Shown piece by piece: positions 49,493 to 60,519 of a DNA stretch of 64,000 nt (within the stretch, counting starts at the first letter, position 1; the number at the start of each line of letters is the position of its first letter). Under the pieces are notes generated by a model. The model ran no database searches and was not told the origin of the DNA. It saw nothing but the letters and a program-made list of their open reading frames with translations. A program made the position numbers and the translations under genes. Origin of the DNA: Psammoneis japonica (lineage: Eukaryota); assembly GCA_008632985.1 (NCBI GenBank), contig QPGO01000023.1, forward strand, positions 341,266-405,265. The letters are read 5' to 3'.

Positions 49493-49737
49493 TGACAGGA
49501 TTTGAACAAGATTGTGGTTTGTCGCGCACAATTGTGTGTGCTCTCAGTTCCGCGCGCGTCGCGCGATGTGGCTTGCTTTCGAGCCACAGAGCTCACAAGA
49601 ATGATGACAGCAGTGCCGACATCACGACACCAGTCTTTCGGCTCCTGTGACGGTCTCTGCATGGAGACTCATCTGCCATTTAGACAGCAGTGAGGAGTCA
49701 TTGTTTTCTTCCACCCAGTCATCTTCATTTTCTGTCA
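49493..49737 (+). repeat. 5' LTR
   Basis: 245 bp, TG...CA with 6-bp inverted termini; 223/245 identical to 56102-56346 by manual alignment. Confidence 0.95.
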
Positions 49738-50549
49738 GATTGACAGTCTTGCTCTTCATTGTCCATTGAGCGTTCATCATCGTCATCGAGAAATTTTCGA
49801 CGACGCGCACCATTGGCAGTGGAAGCACACATCTACCTTCTTCACTGCTGAGCACTGGATTAAATCTGCATGTTTGGATTCATCCGACACCTCCCATCGT
49901 TGGAAGTGTTTGTTCAACGGACATTTGTTTGGCCAGGAACTCCTGAATTCTCAGACATCCGAGATTCTGGATTCCTTGCAGCGGATCCTGCCAACACATC
50001 CGCGCGCGTTCACGCGCACATGATGCAAATCCCTGACTCTGGCTCTGCTCCACGCACGCCAAGTCTACCGCCTCACATCTGCGCCGGATTGCTGGTCTTC
50101 TGCAGTCCTGCAGGGTCCACGAGGACAACTGTGAGAGGAAGCAATTCGTGATCACAGCCTGCGTTGGTGCGAGGGTGCATTTCCCACATTTGTTCATCCC
50201 TCCACAGCACCAAATTTGGCCAGTCTGATCGGGTTGTCCAACCGACATAAAATGAGATCGGCTCAGAGGTCTTGTCCACCTCTGGCTGGCTTGTCAGCAG
50301 GGGTTTTTAACCCGTTGCTCTGCTCTCAAGCAACCCAAAGTGTCGCCAGCTGCGGGTTCAGACGTGCCGGCACAACTCTGTGGACCGGATGGGAAGCTCA
50401 GCACTCAACTGCGAACAGGGTGTCACAGCCCGGTGCCTTCTGACTCTTGAGATAGTCCCAGACATCAAGTCAAGATTCAAGTCAAGTTTCAAGTCATTTC
50501 AAGCTCACCCTCCGACTCCAGCTGGTTCCGACATCCACCCAGTTGCAAC

Positions 50550-53500
50550 ATGGTTCTCACCAGGCAACAACAAATCAATGGCCTCGAGCACATCCTGGGC
50601 ACTGTTCTGAATCAAGCTGCCGACAGTCCATTGCGCTCCGCTCTCAACATTGATGGAACTGACTCGCATCAGGACCTTTTCACTTTTGCTCCGATGCAAT
50701 TGGATGCCCTTGTGTGCAACGACAGAACCAATCAAATGCCTTTGCCACGCTGCGTTGATCAGCCTGCACACAGCAAAAGCGCACGGCAGCACGGATGTTG
50801 GCAATGACCCTCAATTGTTCACACAAGAGGAGTTCACCAACTGTCGTCTTGGTCCTGAGCATGTGGCGTCCCTCTCCATGGGTGCAGCACCATCTGCTCC
50901 CACTCCTGGCTCATTGCCACCCAAACCATGTGATCCCGTGCATGACTTTAAACAAGGCATCAAACGTGACCCACTTGCCTTCATGCTTCTCAAGTCCAAC
51001 AAACAGTGGCACATGTGGCACACCTCCATCATCGCACAGGCCCACTCACAAGACATCGCACGCATTCTTGACCCGACGTACAAGCCCTCTGCAGCTGAGG
51101 ACAAGGCCCTGTTTGCTGAACAACAGAAGCACATGTTCGCTGCATTCAAACGGATTTTGCAGAATGACAAAGGCAAGGCTCTTGTTCGTCAACATGTCGG
51201 CTCCTCTGATGCTCAAGCAGTGTGTCATGACCTTTCCAAGCATGCCCTTGCTTCCACTCGCGCATCCCTGGAGTCCTCGACCCTTCTCACGTACCTCGCC
51301 ACTGCTCGCCTTGGTGATGGCACCTGGAAAGTTTCCACTCATGCCTTCATGCTCCACTGGCAGGACCAGCTCCGCAAGTGTGAAGCTCTCATTCCGGGTG
51401 CGGACCATTTTTCTGCTGGGCAGAAATGTGTCATGCTTGAGAATGCCGCACATCCCATCGAGGAACTCTGTTTGGTGAAGAATCAGGCCGATCAGTTCCG
51501 CGTGCAGAATGGAAAGGGACTCTCTTACAAAGAGCACTGTGGACTCCTGCTTTCTGCTGCAGCACAGTGCGACAGCACGTTCGCCCCCAAGATGGCTCCT
51601 TGCGCTCCGCGCCGTGCCATCTGTGAGCATGACCTGGTCCCTGACGACCCTGACGATGATGCATTCTTCGACATCGACAGTGATGTTGACGTCATGCAAG
51701 CTTGTGCTGCACAGACCCGCGGCAACTCCCTCACCAGGGAACAATGGTGTCGCATTCCGACGGACCACCAGTGCATTTGGGACACCTCACCCCAGTCCAC
51801 TGGGGCCATCATTCTTGGCTTGCGCACCGCCCACACGGGCAACTGCCATGACTCGATGGCAGTCAACCTGCATGACCTCCGCATTGGCAGTGATGGCGAT
51901 GTCAACTTGTCCGCCAACACTCATGATCTTGCATCAGCCTTGGCACAATCCGATGCTGCAGCCAGTGCCAACCCCATTCTGGCCCATCTCACCAGGCACA
52001 AGCCTCTGCCACCCGGCGACTTGCAACGTCTCCTGGCACCTGAGCGGCCTCCTTCCGCCCGTTCTGGCGAAAAACCACCCGGCTCTGCACCTTCGGTCCG
52101 CTCCGACATGAAGCCCCATGACACTGACATTGAGATCAACGGCCACAAATGCCGTTGCGTCAACAACCACAATGTCATCTGCTCTGCCTCGACCCACAAG
52201 TCAACTCGCAAAGGCGCTCTCGTGGATCGTGGTGCAAACGGTGGCATTGCTGGTGATGGTGTTTGTGTCATTGCCCGCACTGGTTGCCAGGTTGACGTCC
52301 AAGGCATCAACAATCATCAACCAGTCGACATCCCCATTGTCACTGCCGGTGGTGTCATCCACACGCAACGCGGCCCTGCCATTGCCATCCTTCACCAGCA
52401 CGCCTGCACTGGAAAGGGGAAGATGACACACTCTTGCAGCCAACTCGAGTGGTGCAAACACGATGTCAATGATCGGTCCATCAAGGTCCCCAACGGTCTG
52501 CAGTGCATCACCACCATTGATGGATGCGTCATTCCCATTGACACCAAAGCTGGCCTCCCATGCATCGCCATGCGCCCGCACACCGACACCGAATGGGACA
52601 CTCTGCCGCATGTCATTCTCACTGGTGATGACACATGGGATCCATCTGTCCTTGACCACCAGTTCACGGACAATGAGACGTGGCATGACGCCGTGTCTGA
52701 CCTCCAAGACAACCCGACTGCCAACCTCTTCGATGAGTTCGGCAACTGTCATCACCGCCATGTCATCAACAACGCCATGCTCACCGACTCCGTCCTTGAT
52801 GATCATCTGCTCCCGACGTCTGATTTCTTCTACAAATGCCATGAGCATGAAGTCAATCCCAAGGATCCTGACTTTGAGTCCCTCCGCCCCTGCTTTGGCT
52901 TTCTCCCAAAGGACACTGTCCGCCGCACTTTCAATTGCACGATGCAGTGCGCCCGCATGCCAGCCAGCACACACCTGAAAAAGGCACACAAATTGCCCAA
53001 CCCAGCTCTCAATGTCCACCAACACAATGAACCCGTTGCCACCGACACGGTCCACTCCGACACCCCTGCCATTGACTCTGGCTGCACCAGCGCTCAGCTC
53101 TTTGTCGGCATGGAATCTCTCATCACTGATGTGTGTGGCACCAAAACTGACAAAGAATTTGTCAACACCCTCGAAGACAACATTCGCAATTGCGGTGCCC
53201 CGTCCAAGCTCATCAGCGACCGTGCCCAGGTTGAGATCAGCAACAAGGTTCTTGGCATCCTTCGTGCCCTCTTCATCTCTAGTTGGCAAAGCAAGCCCCA
53301 TCACCAGCATCAGAATTTTGCTGAATGCCGCTGCCAAACTGTGAAGACCATGGCCAACACCATCATGGATCGCTTCGGGTCCCCGGCTTGCACCTGGCTG
53401 CTTGCCCTGATGCACATGTGTTTTGTGCTCAACCACACGGCGTCCGCCAAGCTCCACTGGCGCACCCCCACCGAGGTGCTGTCCGGCTCTGCTCCTGACA

Positions 53501-56114
53501 TCAGCCCGCTCCTCCACTTTCAATGGTGGGAACCCGTGTGCTGCCACCTGGATGATTCCGACTGGCCGTCAGAATCCTGTGAATTACGTGGTTGCTTCGC
53601 TGGCATCGCCGAACACGTTGGTCACCAAATGACGTTTAAGATTCTTTCTGACGACACTCAGAAGATTCTCCACTGTTCCAACGTGCACTCCGCCCGTGAT
53701 CCGTCTGCTCCAAACCTGCGTCTTGATCCTCCTGATGAGGAATCTGCTGACTCTGTCAATGAATCCCGCCACAACTCCAAGAATTCGCCAGATTCACCAG
53801 ATTGGGAGGCGATCAGGATGCCAAAATGCCGGTCTTTGACCCCAAGGACATCGTGGGACGCACATTCCTCATGAAGCCACAAGAGGATGGACAACGCCAC
53901 AGAGCCCGCATTGTCAAAGCTGTTGAGGACCACGACTGAACAATTGGAGGCAATCCTGAACTGGTCAAGTTCATTTGCTCCGTCAACAATGACGAACACG
54001 AGGAAGTCCCAGCCTGCAATGACATCATGCACCACATTGAGCAAGAAGACGAGGACACAACTCTCTGGAAGTTCCGACGCATCACATCCCACGAAGGACC
54101 ATTGCAACCCCATGATCCCTCTTGGAAAGGCTCAAGCTACAACATCATGCTTGAATGGGAGAATGGGGAGATCACGTCCGAACCCCTTGCCATCATTGCC
54201 AAGGACGACCCTGTCACCTGCACCATCTACACGCATGAGCATGGCCTTCTGGAAACCGAAGGATGGAGACGTTTTTGCAAGACAGCACTTCGTCAGAAGA
54301 AGTTGTTCCGCATGGCCAACCAAGCCAAGTTGCTCTCCTTTCGTGCCGCGCCATGATGCAAGTGCGGGCACGAAGCACCACGGAACTGCAAGCATGCCAT
54401 GGCCCTTGATGAGCGCAATGACAACCGCAAGTGGGGAGACGCCACGGACCTCAAGATGACCCAACTTGATGAGCACGAGGTCTTCCATGACTGCGGACAC
54501 CACAAGGACTCCAGTGCTCCATCAGGACACAAGAAGATCCGGGTGCATCTCGTCTGCGACGTCAAACATGACGGACGGCACAAAGCAAGGCTTGTCGCCG
54601 ATGGACACCTCACAGACGTGCCCATCGACAGTGTCTGCTCTGGAGTGGTGTCCCTCCGTGGCCTGCGAATGATGATCTTCCTGGCCGAACTCAATGAACT
54701 AGAGACCTGGGCCACTGACATTGGGAATGCCTGCCTTGAAGCTGCAACCAAGGAGAAACTGCACATCGCAGCAGGCCCCAAGTTTGGCAACCTGGAAGGA
54801 CGCATCCTCGTCATCCACAAGGCCTTGTGCGGACTCCGCAGCTCCGGTCTCAGATGGCATGAACGCTTTGCCGATTGCTTGCGTGCCGAAGGCTTCTTCC
54901 CATGCAAGGCCGAACCCGACATCTGGCTGCGCAGGAATGGTGACCACTGCGAATGCGTGGCAGTGTGTGTGGACGACCCAGCCTTTGCCATGAAGGACCC
55001 CCAGGTTTTTGCAGACACCCTCGTGGAGAAGTGCAAGTTCAAGCTCAAGGGCACTGGACCATTGGAGTTCCATCTTGGCTGCGACTTCACCCGTGACCCA
55101 GACGGCACCCTGTGCCTTGCTCCCCGCAAGCACATTGAGCGCATGGTTGACAACTGCGCACGCCTCTTTGGGGAGAAGCCCCGCACTGATGTGCTTTCAC
55201 CCCTTGACAAGGGTGACCACCCTGAACTCGACACCTCAGAATTGCTCAAACCAGATGGCATCCACCAACTCCAATCCTTGATTGGATCCCTGCAATGGGC
55301 CGCATCTCCAGGCCGCATTGACATCACTGCGGCTGTCATGTCCCTGTCCAGCTTCCGTGCAGCGCCCCGTCAAGGCCACCCAGACCGCGCCAAATGCATC
55401 TGCGGATTCCTCTCCAAGATGCATCATGGTGCCCTTCGAGTGCGCACCGAGGAGCCTGACCATTCAGACCTTCCCAAGCCCGTGTGCGATTGGGCTCAAT
55501 CTGTGTGTGGGGAGGTAGAAGAGCTTCTCCCACAAGATGCACCCGAGCCGCTCGGCAAGTTCGTCACCACCATGCACTGCGTCAATGCGAACTTGTTCCA
55601 TTGCATGCTCACTGGACGCTCTGTCACTGGCATCCTCCATTTCCTCAACAAGTTTCCGGCTGATTGGTTCTCTAAGAAACAAGCAACAGTCAAGACTGCT
55701 GCGCATGGATCCGATTTTGTTGCCGCAAGGACATGTGTCGAGCAGATCATTGATCTGCACATCACTTTGCATCACCTTGGCGTTCCCATTCGTGAAACAT
55801 GTCACATGTTTGGGGACAACAAGTCGGTTGTGGACAGTGCCACCATCCCGCACTCCAAGTTACACAAGCGACACACCACCCTCTCATTCCATCATGTGTG
55901 CGAGGCGATTGCCTCGGGATTCCTCAAGTTTCACTTTGTCGAAGGTTCCCGCAACCCGGCTGACATCCTCAGCAAGCATTGGGGTTGCTCCCAAATCTGG
56001 AACCTCCTTCGTCCTCCAATGTTTTGGAGCTTCAACCCCGAGGCTTTCAACCAATCCAACTTCGAATCTGTTGCTGTTGACCCCTCAAGCAAACTGGGGA
56101 GTGACAGGACTTGA
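50550..56114 (+). pseudogene. copia gag-pol pseudogene (gag, protease, integrase, RT, RNase H)
   Basis: gag MVLTRQQ...FKQGIKRD; protease ALVDRGANGGIAG; integrase VATDTVHSD, LISDRAQVE, QNFAE; RT HKARLVADG, TDIGNAC, KALCGL, CVDD; RNase H FGDNKSVV, NPADILSK. Several frameshifts and a TGA at 54354. Confidence 0.93.
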
Positions 56115-56346
56115 ACAAGATTTTGGCTCATCACACACAATTGTGTGTGCTCTTAGTTCCGCGTGCGTCAAGCGATGCAGTTTGCTTTCAAGCCACAGAG
56201 CTCACAAGAATGACAACAGCAGTGCCGACATCACGACACCAGTCTTTCGGCTCCTGCAACGGTCTCTGCATGGAGACTCATCTGCCATTTAGACAGCAGC
56301 AAGGAGTCATTGTTTTCTTTCACCCAGTCATCTTCATTTTCTGTCA
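56102..56346 (+). repeat. 3' LTR
   Basis: 245 bp, preceded by the PPT and followed by TSD GCCCA. Confidence 0.95.
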
Positions 56347-57976
56347 GCCCACGTGCAACGCCATCTGCGACCAAGCATGTGATCTTGAGTGGTTGTCAAG
56401 GAAGTGTCAAAATTTTGTGTGAGTTGTTGAGAAGCCACAAGCAGGTGGATTGCAGATCCTGTGACCACACACATCACAGCAGCTCCAACTGAGCTCAGAG
56501 CATGGCTTGAACAGCTGCTCACATTGTCTGGAAAGAGATGAGTGTTTTCAAGAAGCAGCCAGTGCTTCTAAAATCAAAGTCAAATTGTTTTGAAATGGTG
56601 CTGCCAGCGGCTGACAGGTGAAGTGACAATCATGGATCATGGCTGACATGAGCCTCTCATCTGGTGCAGATTGAACACTGTTCATCAAAAGGCAGCAGCC
56701 CAAGAAACACTGTCATCTGCCACATGGAAGAATGTCCAACATGAGCAACAGAAAAAGTTGACAAACACCAACCAGCAACATTGAAGCCCAAAACCAGGTT
56801 TTCATCCAGAGCTTGTTGTGTGCCGGTGGTGGCTCTCTCTGCAGTGCTCTGAACAGTGAAAATCCTTGCTGCTTCAGGCAAACAGCTTTGTCAAAGAGCA
56901 ATGTGTCAAAACAGCATGGGCCAAGAAGCTTTCAACAGCCAATTGCAGCTGGACACCACAAGCTCAAAGAGCTGGGCTGTGTGCACAGACAGATTTGTTG
57001 GCAGCGGCAACTTCCAAACCTTTTGGACCTTTCCAGTCATCAAAGCATGCATCTTGCACACTTGCAACTTGCAGAACGGCACTGAGAGTTTTGCAGCAGG
57101 TGGCAATGATGCCAAGAGTCCAGAGCACCAGACTGGCAAGCTGCAAGACTGCAATGAGTCCAATGAGCATGGGTCATGTGAATGGTGGAACATCGTTGCA
57201 AGCATCAGGAGTGTGTTGGAGCATCTGGAGCATGTGGGAAATGCAAGAAACCCAGAGGTCAAATTGTCAAAGAGAAAATGCTTTGACTGCCAATGTGGTG
57301 GATCTGGCGACACCTTGGAAATGAAAACACATTTGTTGCCAATCTCCTCGCTGACCTTCTTTTGTCTCACTCTTTGGAGTGAATCATCTGGTTTGCACAA
57401 ATTGTTGCATTGTGGCATCATCAGGTGCCTGTTGTGTCACAAAATTGAAGCTCATTGAGGACTTCCAGGGAAAACCACAACCACCACAAAAAAAGGACAA
57501 GTGTGAAGAGCAGCGCAAGAAACCTCTCAGAGGATTCCTTTTTGGCAACTTTGACTTGTTGGCTCAACAATCCGTCATCCAGCCATCTGGTGAACACGCA
57601 GTGCTGATGGAGCAGGGTTGTGCACAGTGTGTTTTTGTTGGCACATGCTCTGTTGGACAGCTTGCATTGCGGTGCTTTTCATTTGGCTTCATTTTGGACA
57701 TGGTGGCCTCTTTGTTCATGGCCTTCGAACAGTTGAGAAATCCTCCTTTTTGCCAACAATGATGGGAGAGGGAGAAACTTTTCTCTTGCTCTTGGCCACT
57801 TGTTGTCATCAAAATGGCAGGCAGTTGGGGCAGAAAACAAGCTGGAGCTCCTGTGTTGTGGCTGTTTGCTGCAAGGTGCCAGCACCGAGCTCCAATGTTT
57901 TGACAAAGTGTTTCATTCTCATCAACAATGATGACACAACTGCAGCATGCATGCAGACAAAAGGTTGTTTTGTCAC

Positions 57977-58373
57977 GCCCTTTGTGACATTTAAAGGCTG
58001 TGACACGTCGCCGTGACACATTGGCTCTTGTCAGCAGCTGTGTGTTGCACTCCTCCCCATGTGTCACGCGTCCATGCGGCTCTTTACTAACGTGCACTGA
58101 CACTGCACGGTTTTGGCGGAACAGTGTGGGTGCGTGCGAAGGAACACACAGAACTGCACAGAGTTTTGCGCGTTCGACAGTGATCAACGTTGCTGCAGAC
58201 AACTCCCACACAGGTTTCGAACCCCTGGCCTCCTGCCCAATGGTCATACGATGAACCACTCCGCCATGAATTCACAGTGCAGCACGCATGCAGACAAACG
58301 CCCTTTGTGACATTTAAAGGCTGCAACACGTCGCCGTGACACATTGACTCTCATCAGCAGCTGTGTGTTGCAC
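57977..58373. repeat. Direct repeat pair (about 74 bp; about 57977-58050 and 58300-58373)
   Basis: ccctttgtgacatttaaaggctg(tg/ca)acacgtcgccgtgacacattg(g/a)ctct(tg/ca)tcagcagctgtgtgttgcac. Confidence 0.85.
58203..58272 (-). mobile_element. tRNA-derived (Pol III A/B box) sequence; SINE head or tRNA pseudogene
   Basis: The minus strand reads TGGCGGAGTGGT (A box) ... GGGGTTCGAAACC (B box) at tRNA-like spacing; no convincing acceptor or anticodon stems. Confidence 0.6.
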
Positions 58374-60519
58374 AACAGCTGCAGCAACAAGAATGATGAC
58401 AACAACAGCGCACTGCTGCAACAGAGGAGCAGGCCAATGTTGGTGCCACTGGTGACCCAGCTCAAAGCAGTGTTGATGCACGTGGGGGATTGCAGAGCAG
58501 CAGCAGCAACGATGACAAAGAAAGTCAAGCATCAGAAACTGAGGCTCAAAATCCACAGCCATGGTGGATGCAGCAAAACAACATCATCTCAAATCAATTG
58601 GAAGAAAATGATGGGAACAACTTCAAGTTTTCTGGAATGTTGCATGAGCGTGTAAAAAATTGACCAGAGTCAAGCAATCAGAGAGGTCAGGAAAGGTTTC
58701 CTGCAATTGAGAGGAAAAGATTTCATGTGTCGGCATGACATGATGCCTGACACTGCAAAAGACATGCGGAAGTGGTTTTGCAAGTGCCATGTCTTCATGT
58801 GATGACTGGACATTGTGACACCAGGGTGGAAACCAAAACAAATGTCAGGGTGCAATGGGAAGAGCTGCGCTGGTGTCCACATCCAAGATTGCGACCCTTT
58901 GCTTGTGCACTCTGTGCCAAAAAATGCACTTTGAACTCACCAATTTAACGAATCTGCCATGGATGTAAAAACATCAACACACAAATGAGGCTGCTGGTGG
59001 TGTTCCTTGAGATTGGTGGTGACAGCACATGCTCAGCTCTCATCATCTGCAAGTGCTTGCTCAAGGGCTGGAGGCCAGCTTTCCTGGGGAGTTCTGTTTG
59101 TTCCCCTGCCACCTTGGCTGGAGAAGTGGAGCACAGACAAAATGGTCATGGAGTGGATGTTTGAATGCACTGATGGGGCTGTGAGCCCTTCTGCAGTTCA
59201 AGGTGTCGCTGAAATCCTTCAACGGCATCATCGTGCTTGTCACAAGCCGCCACAGTTTGACAAACAGTTTCTTAACTGCCAAAGCCAGCCTCTGTCTGCA
59301 GACAAGGATGCAAGCTGGGTGGCCTGGTGAACAAGGAAGAATCTCAAAGCATTCCCCATTTGCAACTCAGAAGACAGGTGTGGCCCCATGTTCCAGGTGA
59401 CAAGCTGCCAGCCAAAATGTGCTGCAAGAACACTGCTGTCAACTGCAGCCAAACAGATTCAATGTGCATGCACGACAGCTGCACTTGAATGAGATCACAT
59501 CTGTTGATTCATCACACAACAAGATGCTGAAGTGGCTGGCCAATTAGAAAGGACAGCAATTGCGTGAGCTGCTGATCACCACATGGAACAAGTGCTTTGA
59601 ATTGTTGATGGCCTTTTTTGCTCTGTGTCCAAAAACCATGTTGAGGTGCAAGCAGCATTTTTGCAGCTGGCATTGAAAGGCTTCAATCCCAATTTTGTTT
59701 TCTTGGATGTGCCATTGTGAGGTTGCAGGAAACAGCAGAGCCCCTGCACAACTGAGGTGTTTTCCAGCATTGCTGAGTCTTCAATCACTGCTGAAAACGG
59801 CAATCTTCCAGCTCTTGAGCTGCAAAGCAAGCCAGAGTGCCTTTCTGCAAGTGAGAGCACAATTGTGGCAATCAATGTCCTCAAAAATTCCATGCATGAA
59901 AGTGGCGCAACTCACACCACATCTCTCTTGAGACGCTGAGCATGGTGTCTTTGGTGATGACACAAGGGAGAAAACTTGCATCATCACACTTGGGTTGCTT
60001 GCTTGTCCAAACATCCTTGTGATTCATTTGAACAAAATGAAAGACAAACAAGAGATTGCGCTGCATTTGCAGAGACTTTTGTCTCAGGAAGACACCGCAT
60101 TTGTTGGCGGCAACATCAGAAATGACCTTGCCAAAGTGTGCTGTTGGCCGCTGAAGCACAACAAGTGCGCCTGAGCTCCCGATCCTCTTGAGCCCAAACC
60201 ACTGCACAGAGCAGCAGTCAACAGAACCAGCAACCAACTCAGATGAATTGCCACATCAATCATGCGAGATGAGCCACCTTGCCCCACATGAGTCACACCC
60301 GCACAAAAAGAATCCAACGGCAATGATGGCAACCATCAGACCATTGGCCACATTTCAGCATGCACAGTGTTTGTTGTTTCCATTGTTGCACAATCAAAAC
60401 CTGCAATTTGGGCTGTTCCCACCAGTGCCCATTGTTCGTGCCAAGAAACAACAAAAAATGGTGTGCCGGAAGTGTCGCTGACAGACATCCGAGATGGGGA
60501 GTGCACTCCCTTGTGTCAG

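Larger units (their letters stand above)
49493..56346 (+). mobile_element. Full-length Ty1/copia LTR retrotransposon (CoDi-like), inactivated by hypermutation
   Basis: Two 245-bp LTRs (TGACAG...CTGTCA); 5-bp TSD GCCCA at 49488-49492 and 56347-56351; purine-rich PPT aaactggggag at 56091-56101; order gag-PR-IN-RT-RH. Confidence 0.97.
56352..60500. mobile_element. Old TpA/CpG-depleted repeat mosaic, families unidentified
   Basis: Near absence of TA, TG/CA excess, fragmented Cys/His-rich ORFs. Confidence 0.6.

Noticed and set aside
52201..55339. Long antisense ORFs (448 aa, 348 aa) in the copia element
   Set aside because: Shadow frames of pol, lengthened by TpA depletion
49493..56346. Alternative genetic code or a naturally Tyr-free retroelement
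   Set aside because: Tyr is replaced by both Cys and His, non-coding LTRs are affected equally, and neighbouring genes use Tyr normally
49493..56346. Classical fungal RIP or CpG deamination as the sole cause
   Set aside because: Both are C to T processes; RIP raises TpA, and neither can turn TAY into TGY or CAY
58203..58272. Functional tRNA gene
   Set aside because: A and B boxes are present but I could not fold convincing acceptor and anticodon stems
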